A DNA stretch of 64,000 nucleotides from Rubricoccaceae bacterium (GTDB lineage Bacteria > Bacteroidota > Rhodothermia > Rhodothermales > Rubricoccaceae), in NCBI GenBank assembly GCA_963811175.1, contig CAWEQE010000002.1:276797-340796 (forward strand). Direction: 5' to 3'. Shown here one piece after another: positions 27,502 through 36,387 of the stretch. The notes under the pieces are model-generated. The model had not been told where the DNA came from, did no database searches, and worked only from the letters and a program-made list of their open reading frames with translations. The position numbers and the translations under genes were made by a program. The stretch's first letter is position 1. Each line of letters opens with the position of its first letter.

Positions 27502-28461
27502 TCAGGCCGTCTCGGCCACGTGCCCGTTCACCCCGGCCGGCGACCGGCCCTCGCTCACGAACGTGAGCCAGCCGCGCGGGTTGTCCCCGTCGCGGAGCGC
27601 CTCGAAGTACGCCGTCTGAAGCTCCTCTGTGATCGGCCCACGCTGGCCCTCCCCGATCTGGTAATGGTCCACCGAGCGGATCGGCGTGACCTCGGCGGCC
27701 GTGCCCGTGAAGAACAGCTCGTCGGCGAGGTAGAGCGCCTCGCGCGGGAGCGCCTGCTCACGGATCGTGTAGCCGCGCTCGCGGGCGATCTGCATGACGG
27801 AGTCGCGCGTGATGCCGGGCAAGATGGAGAGCGTCGTCGGGGCCGTGTAGAGGACGCCGTCGCGGACCACGAACAGGTTCTCGCCCGAGCCCTCCGAGAG
27901 GTAGCCGTCCACGCTGAGGGCGATGCCCTCGGAGTAGCCGTTGAGGATGGCCTCCATCTTGATGAGGCTGCCGCCGAGGTAGTTGCCGCCGGCCTTCGCC
28001 ATCGACGGGAGTGTGTTGGGCGCCGGCCGGTTCCACGACGAGACCTGCACGTCCACGCCCTGCTCCACGGCCTCGTCGCCGAGGTACTGGCCCCACTCCC
28101 ACACGGCGACGGCCGTCTCGACGGGGTTGCTCAACGGGTTGACGCCCATCTTGCCGTAGCCCCGGAACGCGACGGGCCGGATGTAGCAGGCGTCGAGTCC
28201 ACTGTCCGCGACGGTCTCGACGACGGCGTCGCAGAGCTGGTCCAGCGAGTAGCCGAGGTCCATCCGGTGGATCTTGGCCGAGTCGATGAGCCGGGCCATG
28301 TGCTCGCGGAGCCGGAAGACGGCCGGGCCGCGCTCGGTGTCGTAGGCGCGGATTCCCTCGAACACGGACGAGCCGTAATGGACGACGTGGGAGAGGACGT
28401 GGATGGTCGCGTCCTCGTAGGCGACGAGCTCGCCGTTGAACCAGATGCGGGGCTTCGACAT
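27502..28461 (-). CDS. ilvE: Branched-chain amino acid aminotransferase
   Basis: IWFNGE, LHY-like [49 protein letters not shown]. Confidence 0.95.
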   Translation of the reverse strand: MSKPRIWFNGELVAYEDATIHVLSHVVHYGSSVFEGIRAYDTERGPAVFRLREHMARLIDSAKIHRMDLGYSLDQLCDAVVETVADSGLDACYIRPVAFRGYGKMGVNPLSNPVETAVAVWEWGQYLGDEAVEQGVDVQVSSWNRPAPNTLPSMAKAGGNYLGGSLIKMEAILNGYSEGIALSVDGYLSEGSGENLFVVRDGVLYTAPTTLSILPGITRDSVMQIARERGYTIREQALPREALYLADELFFTGTAAEVTPIRSVDHYQIGEGQRGPITEELQTAYFEALRDGDNPRGWLTFVSEGRSPAGVNGHVAETA

Positions 28462-28717
28462 GGGATGGGGGAAGGGGGTGGGAAAGACGGCGGGGCCGCT
28501 GGCGGCCGAGTCCGCCAGCACGGCGCGGAGCAGCGGGCCGGGACGACCAAGATAGAGTGGCCGAATGGCTGGAAGCGCTTCCGGTTCGGTATCGTCCGAC
28601 TCTTCAGACAAGGCGGAGCCTTCCCCTGACTGTCTTCGAAGACCGACCCATATTCCCCTCGTAGGCACCGCTCGCGCGCCGGCCTCGTTTGTCCCCAGAC
28701 CACCCACCCCTTCGCCC

Positions 28718-30160
28718 ATGCGATCCGCCGTCCCCCTCGCGCTGTTGCTCGCGCTCGTCGCTGGCTGCGCCTCCGGCGTCCAGGTCCTCGACGCCCCCGA
28801 GGCCCCGCCGTCCACCGAGCCCGCTTTCGACCCGCTCACCGCTGATGAGCTTCAGGAGGCCCAAGAGACCGAGTTCGAGGTCCCGGTGCTCTACCGGACG
28901 CTCGACAACGGCCTCAAGGTGGTCCTCTCCGAGGACCACTCCTCGCCGACCGCCGTCGTGGCCGTCTACTACAACATCGGCTTCCGCATCGAGCCCCGCG
29001 AGCGGACCGGGTTCGCCCACCTGTTCGAGCACATGATGTTCCAGGGCTCCGAGAACCTGGGCAAGAACGAGTTCATCGGGCTCGTCCAGAAGAACGGCGG
29101 CATCCTCAACGGCTCGACGCGCTTCGACTTCACCAACTACTTCGAGATCGTCCCTTCGAACACGCTCGAGACGATGCTCTGGGCCGAGGCCGACCGGATG
29201 CGCGGGCTCGACATCACGCAGGACAACCTGACCAACCAGCAGGGCGTGGTCTCGAACGAGGTCCGCGTCAACGTCATCAACCAGCCGTACGGCGGGTTCC
29301 CCTGGCTCGACCTCCCGCAGCTCGCCAACGAGAACTGGTACAACGCCCACAACTTCTACGGCGAGCTGGACGAGATCGAGGCCGCCACGCTCGGCGACGT
29401 GCAGACGTTCTTCGACACCTACTACGCGCCCAACAACGCCGCCCTCGTCGTCGTGGGCGACATCGACCCGGACCAGACGATGGAGTGGATCGAGACGTAC
29501 TTCGGCGGCATCCAGTCCGCCGACGTGCCGCCGATCCCGGACCTCGCGGAGCCGCCGCAGACGGAGGAGAAGCGGCTCGTGAAGGTGGACTCGCTGGCGC
29601 AGCGACCGGCCCTGGCCGTCGGCTACCACATGCCGCCGCGCGACTCGGATGCTTACTTCGCCATGGGCCTCCTCAACGAGATCCTGCTCCAGGGTGACGA
29701 CAGCCGGCTCCACCAGGCCCTCGTCAACGACGCGGCCGTGACGGGCGGCGTGTCGGGCGGCATCAACTTCCTCGGCAACATGTTCAACTACAACGGGCCG
29801 ATGCTGTGGGCCTTCTCGCTCGTCCACGACGAGGCGGCGGTGCCGGACTCGATCCTGGCGATCGTCGACGAGGAGATCCAGAGGGTCCAGGAGGAGGGCG
29901 TGAGCCCCGAGGAGCTGGCGCGCGCGAAGGTCAAGTTCCGGTCGGGCCTCTACGACACCATCGGCGGCACGTTCGGGTTCGGCCGCGCGGACCTGCTCGC
30001 CTCGTTCGCCCTCTTCGACGACGACCCGGCCCGCATCAACCGGCTCGTGGACCGCTTCGAGGCCGTCACGCCGGGCCTCATCCGGCGGACGGCGCAGCAG
30101 GTGCTCCGCCCTGAGAACCGCTCCATCATCGTGCTGGAGGCCGGTGCCGCCGGCTCCTGA
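28718..30160 (+). CDS. M16 zinc peptidase, catalytic subunit (lipoprotein)
   Basis: Lipobox LVAGC; inverted zinc motif HLFEH; NGST..D.TNY. Confidence 0.92.
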   Translation: MRSAVPLALLLALVAGCASGVQVLDAPEAPPSTEPAFDPLTADELQEAQETEFEVPVLYRTLDNGLKVVLSEDHSSPTAVVAVYYNIGFRIEPRERTGFAHLFEHMMFQGSENLGKNEFIGLVQKNGGILNGSTRFDFTNYFEIVPSNTLETMLWAEADRMRGLDITQDNLTNQQGVVSNEVRVNVINQPYGGFPWLDLPQLANENWYNAHNFYGELDEIEAATLGDVQTFFDTYYAPNNAALVVVGDIDPDQTMEWIETYFGGIQSADVPPIPDLAEPPQTEEKRLVKVDSLAQRPALAVGYHMPPRDSDAYFAMGLLNEILLQGDDSRLHQALVNDAAVTGGVSGGINFLGNMFNYNGPMLWAFSLVHDEAAVPDSILAIVDEEIQRVQEEGVSPEELARAKVKFRSGLYDTIGGTFGFGRADLLASFALFDDDPARINRLVDRFEAVTPGLIRRTAQQVLRPENRSIIVLEAGAAGS

Positions 30161-30278
30161 GCGACGCTGCCCAGGCGTTGCGTGCAACGCTACGGCAGCG
30201 AACACCCCCTCCAGATCCCCCGGCCGGACCGACGCCACGGCGTGGCGTCTCTGCCGCCGACCTGACTGCACCCTACTT

Positions 30279-31691
30279 ATGAACGCCTTCCGCTTTTTCG
30301 CCCTCGCCCTGCTGGCGGCCGTCGCCCCCGCCGCGGCGGCCCAAGACTTTCCCGCCACACCGCCCGCGCCCGGCGAGCCCGCCCCGTTCGAAGTCCCCGA
30401 GGGCCGGACGTTCACGCTCGACAACGGGCTCGCCGTCACCCTCGTCCCGTACGGCGCGCTCCCCAAAGCCAACGTGCTCGCCGTGGTCCGCGTCGGCAAC
30501 GTGGACGAGGGGGTGGGTCAGAACAGCCTCGCCGACCTCACGATCCCGCTCCTGACCGAAGGCACGGAGACGATGTCGGCCGAAGAGATCGCCGAGGCGG
30601 CGGCCTCGATGGGCGGTTCCATCTCAGCCGGCGCTGGGCTCGACCAGACGACCGTCGGCGGGCGCGTGCTGAGCGAGTTCGTGCCCGAGTTCGTCCGCCT
30701 CACGGCCGACGTGCTCCGTCGCCCGGCGTTCGACGCCGACGCCTTCGAGCGGAACCAGCGGAACCAGCTTCGGGGCGCGGCCGTCGCGCGGTCGCAGCCC
30801 GGCACCGTGGCACTGGCGGCGTGGCGGCGCGCGCTCTACGGCGACCATCCCTACGCCTCGGTCATCCTCCCGGACGCGGCGGCCATCGAGGCGGCGACGC
30901 CCGACGACGCCCGCGCCTTCTACCAGGCCAACGTCGGCCCGGCGCGGACGCGGCTCTACGTCGTCGGCCAGTTCGACGAGGACGCGACCGAGGCCGCCAT
31001 CCGCGCGGCGTTCGGGGACTGGGACCGTGGCGTGGTGGCCGCGGACCCGACCCCGCCCGAGACCTCGCCCGCCGGCCGGCGCGTCCTCCTCGTCGACCAG
31101 CCCGGCGCGGCCCAGTCCCAGGTGACCGTCGGCGTCCCGACCGTCGACCCGTCCGACCCGGAGGAGTACGTGGAGCTTCAGGTGACGAACGCGCTCCTCG
31201 GCGGCTCCTTCGGCTCGCGCATCACGCGCAACATCCGCGAGGACAAGGGCTACACCTACAGCCCCGGCTCGTCCGTGTCGTCGCGGTTCCGGAACGCGTA
31301 TTGGGCGGAAAGCGCCGCCATCGTCACGCCGTCCACCGGCCCGGCCATCCGCGAGATCCTCTACGAGATCGACAGCCTCGCCTCGAACCCGCCCTCCGAG
31401 GAGGAACTGGAGGGGATCAAGAACTACCTCGCCGGGACGTTCGTCCTCCAGAACTCGTCGGCGGGTGGCATCGCCGGGCTCCTCTCGTTCCTCGACCTCC
31501 ACGGCCTCGACCGGAGCTACCTGGACGAGTACGTTCAGCGCGTCTACGCCGTCACGCCGGAGGACGTCCAGCGCGTGGCGCGCGACGTGATCCGGGGCGA
31601 CGACGCGCTCGTCGTGGTCGTCGGAGACCGGAGTGTGGTGGAGGAGCAGCTCCAGCCCTTCGGCGACGTGGTGATCGAGACGGTGGAGTAG
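30279..31691 (+). CDS. M16 peptidase non-catalytic partner subunit
   Basis: Signal peptide; no HXXEH; LLGGSFGSRITRNIREDKGYTY. Confidence 0.88.
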   Translation: MNAFRFFALALLAAVAPAAAAQDFPATPPAPGEPAPFEVPEGRTFTLDNGLAVTLVPYGALPKANVLAVVRVGNVDEGVGQNSLADLTIPLLTEGTETMSAEEIAEAAASMGGSISAGAGLDQTTVGGRVLSEFVPEFVRLTADVLRRPAFDADAFERNQRNQLRGAAVARSQPGTVALAAWRRALYGDHPYASVILPDAAAIEAATPDDARAFYQANVGPARTRLYVVGQFDEDATEAAIRAAFGDWDRGVVAADPTPPETSPAGRRVLLVDQPGAAQSQVTVGVPTVDPSDPEEYVELQVTNALLGGSFGSRITRNIREDKGYTYSPGSSVSSRFRNAYWAESAAIVTPSTGPAIREILYEIDSLASNPPSEEELEGIKNYLAGTFVLQNSSAGGIAGLLSFLDLHGLDRSYLDEYVQRVYAVTPEDVQRVARDVIRGDDALVVVVGDRSVVEEQLQPFGDVVIETVE

Positions 31692-31841
31692 CTCCTCCCG
31701 TTCGTCCGGCTCTTCTACGGCCCCGCTGGCGAGCTCGCCAGCGGGGCCTCGTCGTAGAGGGGCGGAGGGCTGAACGCGAGCGGCGTTCTCTGTTTGTCTT
31801 AGACTTGAGTCGCGAACGTCTCCTCCGCGCACTCCGCTCTC

Positions 31842-32498
31842 ATGGACAACGCCCTCGACAACGCGCCCTCGGTCATCGAAGCCGCCGCACAGAGCCCCCT
31901 CGGGATTCTGGCCCTCCTGATCCTCACCGTCGGGGTCATCGCGTACCTCTTTTTCCAGAAGTCCAGCGACCGCGTGAAGGTCGTCATCTTCAGTATGATT
32001 TTCGTCGGGATGGCGGGCTTCGGGCTCGTCATCCTGGTCCAGGCGGCGCCGACGCCCTCGCCTGGCGACGGGCCTGAGCGGACGGTGGGGCGCTCGACCG
32101 AGGCGCTCCGCGAGGATCGCCCGACTCCTGAGGCGGACCGTCCCGCCCAAGCCGGTCCACCGGCGGCCCGCCCTCTCGTGGATGTCGAGGAGCCGGAGCC
32201 GGCTCGTCGGACGGAGATCTCGCTGGCCTACCTCGGCGACCTCTATAGCTGCGGCCTCCAGCTCCAGGTGCGCATCGGCGACCAGACGGCCGTTCCACAA
32301 GGCAATTCCTTTCGGATGAGCGGCGTCCTCGAAGGTCCGCAGCCGTACGAGATCCGCGGGTCGATCCAGTGTCCGTACGTCGGCTCGTGCGAGGCAGTAG
32401 GGGAGGGGACGCTCACCGTCGTGCCCAATGCGGCCTACAACGTGGTGTGGCAAGGGACCGATAGCGGTCTCTGCGACGTGACGCTCCAGCGCGGGTAG
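31842..32498 (+). CDS. Hypothetical membrane protein (2 TM + Cys-containing beta domain)
   Basis: Two N-terminal TMs, Pro-rich linker, four Cys in the C-terminal domain. Confidence 0.65.
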   Translation: MDNALDNAPSVIEAAAQSPLGILALLILTVGVIAYLFFQKSSDRVKVVIFSMIFVGMAGFGLVILVQAAPTPSPGDGPERTVGRSTEALREDRPTPEADRPAQAGPPAARPLVDVEEPEPARRTEISLAYLGDLYSCGLQLQVRIGDQTAVPQGNSFRMSGVLEGPQPYEIRGSIQCPYVGSCEAVGEGTLTVVPNAAYNVVWQGTDSGLCDVTLQRG

Positions 32499-32500
32499 CG

Positions 32501-33160
32501 CTACGGGCGGTTGGGGGCTGGCGCCGCGAGGGCGTGGAGCGCCACGTAGCCCAGCGTCAGCATTCCGCCGAAGACCACCGTCATCACGATCAGGCTCGGC
32601 GACTGGCGTGGGTCCAGGGCGAGGCTCGCGATGTCGCGCGCGAGGTGGGTCGGGGCCGTCAGCACGTCCCACGAGTTCCACCGGAGCACGCGTCCCAGGT
32701 AGACGCCGAACGCGCAGAGGAACAGGACCCCCACCGACGCCATCCACCCGCGCGCCGTGCCCCATCGCCGCGCGATCACGCCCTGCACGTCCGCCAGCGA
32801 CACGTAGCCGCTCAGCAGGCCGACGCCCGCCCCCGAGAGCAGCAGCCCGAGGTCGTACCAGAAGGGGACCGGCGGCCGGGTGCCCAAGTGGACGAGGTCG
32901 GTGAGGATGTACGGCGCGTTGGGCAAGAACGCCAGCCAGACGGCGCCGAGGCCGAGCAGCACCAGGCGGGGCGCCCCTCGCGCGTCGAGGCGGACGAGAG
33001 CCGTCGAGGCCACGAGCGGGACGGCCGCGAGGAACAGGTTCCACGCCAGGAACAGCCCGAACGGCGAGCCGGTGATCCAGAGTCGGACGGCGACGAGCGC
33101 GGCCACCCACCCTCCCAGGAGAATGGCGAGACCGAGGCGGCGGGACGGCGAAGCGAGCAC
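32501..33160 (-). CDS. DUF1361-family membrane protein
   Basis: FLAWNLFLA, FLPNAPYILTDLVHL, GVYLGRVLRWNSWD. Confidence 0.85.
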   Translation of the reverse strand: MLASPSRRLGLAILLGGWVAALVAVRLWITGSPFGLFLAWNLFLAAVPLVASTALVRLDARGAPRLVLLGLGAVWLAFLPNAPYILTDLVHLGTRPPVPFWYDLGLLLSGAGVGLLSGYVSLADVQGVIARRWGTARGWMASVGVLFLCAFGVYLGRVLRWNSWDVLTAPTHLARDIASLALDPRQSPSLIVMTVVFGGMLTLGYVALHALAAPAPNRP

Positions 33161-33258
33161 GGGGTACGGGGGTTTGCTTTAAAACGCAAAGCCGTCGAAC
33201 GACGACGCCGGGCGCGTGTTGCACCCGGCGCCCAGTTTCATCCCGCTACGGGATTTCT

Positions 33259-33597
33259 TTACCCGTCGTCGCGGTCGTTCACGCGGGCCGGCGGCGAGGT
33301 GGCCTCGACGGCGGTGAGGTCGTCGAGGACCTTGTACTTGCGGACGGCCCCGTCGGGCACGAGGTAGCTGTCGCCTGCGCCACACGTCACCACGTCGTCG
33401 CCGACGTGGACCTCGATGCGGCCCTCGACCACATAGCCGACGGTCTCGTAGGGGCGCGTGTGCTCCTCACCGGCCTCGCCGGCGCTCTCTTTCCAGAGGC
33501 GCAGGGCGAGGGAGGTGCCGGAGACGAGGTAGGTCTGGCCCATCTCGCCCTCGGGAGAGGCGGAGGAATCGATCTTTTTGATGGAGTGGTCGGACAT
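33259..33597 (-). CDS. Cupin-domain protein
   Basis: EHTRPYETVGYVVEGRIEV...GDSYLVP; EATSPPA. Confidence 0.85.
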   Translation of the reverse strand: MSDHSIKKIDSSASPEGEMGQTYLVSGTSLALRLWKESAGEAGEEHTRPYETVGYVVEGRIEVHVGDDVVTCGAGDSYLVPDGAVRKYKVLDDLTAVEATSPPARVNDRDDG

Positions 33598-33660
33598 GAG
33601 AGGGGAGGAAGGAGAGGGGTCCGTTGAATCCGAGCACGTCCGGCGGTGTTTCTCCCAGCC

Positions 33661-34815
33661 GTGACCGAGCCCTCGACTCCCGCTCTCTACGACGTCGCCA
33701 TCGTCGGCCTCGGGCCGGTGGGCGCGACGCTGGCGGCGCTCCTCGGCGGACGTGGGCTCCGCGTCGTGGTGCTAGAGCGAGAGACGACCCCGCACACGCT
33801 CCCCCGCGCGGCTCACCTCGACGGCGAGGCCCTCCGCATCCTCGACGCGGCCGGTGCGCCCGCCGCACATCTCGGCCGTCCGCTCGACGGGTTCGACCTC
33901 GTCGATGCCGCCGGCCGGCTCCTGCTCCGGGGACGCCCGTCCGAAGGGCCACCGCCCGGATTCCCGGCCGGCGTCCTCATCCACCAGCCCGACGTGGAGT
34001 CTGTCCTCCGGTCTCGGTTGTCCGACCTCGCAACGGTCGACGTTCGCCACGGGCACGCCGTCGAGCAGGTGGAAGAACGGACCCGCCTCGTGACGATCCG
34101 AGGCCGTCGCGGCGACGAGCCGTTCGAGGTCCGCTCGTCGTTCGCCGTCGGGTGCGACGGAGCGGCCAGCCGTGTGCGCGAGGTCCTCGGTGCGGAGCTG
34201 GTGGGCCGAGGCTTCGAGCAGCGGTGGCTCGTGGTCGACACGCTCCTGATGCGTCCGGTGGATCTCCCGAGCCGGCTGCTCCAGATCGCTGATCCACGCC
34301 GCCCGACGACCTTCGTCCCATTCCCCGACCCGCGCCGCCGGTGGGAGTTCAAGCTGACGGACGACGAAGACGCCGACGCGATCCGCCAGCCGGCGGCCGT
34401 CCGCGCCCTGCTCGCGCCACACGTGGCCCCCAACGCTGTGGAGGTCGAGCGCGCGGCGATCTACACCTTCCACGACCTCGTCGCGCGGCCTTGGCGGCGG
34501 GGCCGCCTGCTGATCGCGGGCGACGCGGCGCACCAGATGCCGCCGTTCCTGGGCCAAGGCCTCGGCGCGGGTCTCCGCGACGCCTGGGCGCTGGCGCCGC
34601 TCCTCGCCGGCGTCGCAGGCGGGGCGCCGGCCGAGTCCCTGGACACGTACGAGGCCGTCCGCCGCCTTCACGTCGAGGCCGTCGTGCGGCAGGCCGTCCG
34701 GCTCGGTCGGCTCGTGACGCTGCCCCCACCGCTGGCGACGCTTCGGGACGGCGCGCTTCGGCTGGCGCATCGCGTGCCGATTCTCCACCGCCCGTTGCTC
34801 GACGTGCGCGGGTAG
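33661..34815 (+). CDS. FAD-dependent monooxygenase (MhpA-like)
   Basis: GLGPVG Rossmann fold, VGCDGAAS, IAGDAAHQMPPFLGQG. Confidence 0.88.
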   Translation: MTEPSTPALYDVAIVGLGPVGATLAALLGGRGLRVVVLERETTPHTLPRAAHLDGEALRILDAAGAPAAHLGRPLDGFDLVDAAGRLLLRGRPSEGPPPGFPAGVLIHQPDVESVLRSRLSDLATVDVRHGHAVEQVEERTRLVTIRGRRGDEPFEVRSSFAVGCDGAASRVREVLGAELVGRGFEQRWLVVDTLLMRPVDLPSRLLQIADPRRPTTFVPFPDPRRRWEFKLTDDEDADAIRQPAAVRALLAPHVAPNAVEVERAAIYTFHDLVARPWRRGRLLIAGDAAHQMPPFLGQGLGAGLRDAWALAPLLAGVAGGAPAESLDTYEAVRRLHVEAVVRQAVRLGRLVTLPPPLATLRDGALRLAHRVPILHRPLLDVRG

Positions 34816-34949
34816 TGGCGTCGGGGTCGTCTCGCAGCGGACGGCAGGCTGTGGAGGCACCAAGCGCCACCCTAGCGGAGGCTCGAAGGGGAAGGTGGTG
34901 GTCCGATTGGGGGACCGGAGGCTGGTTCTCGCTGAGCCTCGTACCCTGC

Positions 34950-35380
34950 CGTGGATGCTCAGCACGCGGTCGTCCACACTGTGGATAGGGGTGTTGATAA
35001 CCCGCCCCTCACCGGGGAGGCCCGTGGACGAGCCGGATGATGGGGCCGAGGCCCGGTTCGTCAACTCCGGTCCGCCCACGGAATACCCGACAGGTTCTCC
35101 ACAGGTCCGCGGCCTCCCGGGCGTGCGGGTTAGGGCCGGAGCCTCCTCGTGGACGACGGTGGACTTGTGGACGAGATACCCGAGATCGGACCAGGGGCCT
35201 GCCTCAGCGACTCCTCGGCGGCCGCTCGGCGTGGACAGGGATGTGGATAGCGGGTGGGGTTGTCCACGGCTACGCACATCGGCGGCGGGCGCTCTGGTTG
35301 TCCACGGTGTCCACAGGCCTACTACTATTTCTTCTTTACCTAAATAACTAAACCGAATTAAAGAGGGGCGTGGAGAAGTC
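34950..35380. other. Probable chromosomal replication origin (oriC)
   Basis: About a dozen DnaA-box-like 9-mers (e.g. TGTGGATAG 34980 and 35242, TGTTGATAA 34992, TTCTCCACA 35095, TTGTCCACG 35260 and 35298, GTGTCCACA 35307). These are followed by GGCC, TACTACTATTTCTTC trios and an AT-rich run at 35341-35363. Confidence 0.85.
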
Positions 35381-35497
35381 CGCCAAGGCGCCTCCGCCTC
35401 CGGTATACCACCCTGTACCAGGAGGGTGACACCCTGACACCTGTCCTCCCCAGTCGAGCCCTACCCGTACCTTTCAGGCCCTTCTCCCGACGCCCCC

Positions 35498-36349
35498 ATG
35501 ACCCAGCGAATCCTCGTCGTCCTCGACCCGGACTCCGATACGCCTGTCGCCACGCACACCGCCATCGAGATCGCCCGTCGCTACGACGCCGAGGTGACCG
35601 GGCTGGCACTCGTCGACAAAGACTCCATCGAGAGCGATTCGCTCGGTGGGGGCATCGGGTCGATGCACTATGCCGAGAAGCTCCGCCAGCGCCTCACGGA
35701 AGAGACGCGCGAGCGCGCCAACGCCCTCATCCGGACGTTCGTTGAGGAGGTGGAAGCCGCCGGCGTCACCCATACCGGCGACCGCGTGGGGGAAGAGGGG
35801 CTCGTCCGGAGCCTCGTGGACCAGATGAGGACCCACGACCTTCTCGTAGCTGGACGCGTAAGCCATTTTTACTATGCGGACCCGGATCAGCGGACGCACA
35901 CGCTCGCCAAGGTGATCCAGTCGGCTGCCGCGGCGACGCTGATCGTGGGGAACACGCCGCCGGTTGTGCAGCGCGTGGCTGTGGCCTACGACGGGAGCAC
36001 CCCGGCCGCGCGCGTGCTCCAGAAGTTTGCCCACCTCCGCCCGTTCGGGACGGACCTCGACGTCGAGCTGGTCCACGTCCGGGGCGGGAGCTCGGCGGAC
36101 CGGCTCGCCAGCGAGCGGCTCCTCCACGACGCCGAGGCTTACCTCGGGGCCTACGGGTTCGGGTCGGTCACGCTCTCCAGCATCGAGGGCGACCCCTCGG
36201 AGCAGATCCTCCGCTACGCCGACGGCACGCGCGCGGACCTGATGGTCTCGGGGGCCTACACCAAGAGCGGCTTCCGCAAACTCGTGTTCGGGTCGACCAC
36301 GACGAAGCTGCTGGACGACGCGAAGATCCCGCTCTTCTTGTACCACTGA
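35498..36349 (+). CDS. Universal stress protein (tandem UspA domains)
   Basis: RILVVLD, HDLLVAG, VAVAYDGS, DLMVSGAY...LVFGSTT. Confidence 0.9.
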   Translation: MTQRILVVLDPDSDTPVATHTAIEIARRYDAEVTGLALVDKDSIESDSLGGGIGSMHYAEKLRQRLTEETRERANALIRTFVEEVEAAGVTHTGDRVGEEGLVRSLVDQMRTHDLLVAGRVSHFYYADPDQRTHTLAKVIQSAAAATLIVGNTPPVVQRVAVAYDGSTPAARVLQKFAHLRPFGTDLDVELVHVRGGSSADRLASERLLHDAEAYLGAYGFGSVTLSSIEGDPSEQILRYADGTRADLMVSGAYTKSGFRKLVFGSTTTKLLDDAKIPLFLYH

Positions 36350-36387
36350 GCCGCTGGCGGCACGATGCCGCCAGCCGGGCAAGGCTG

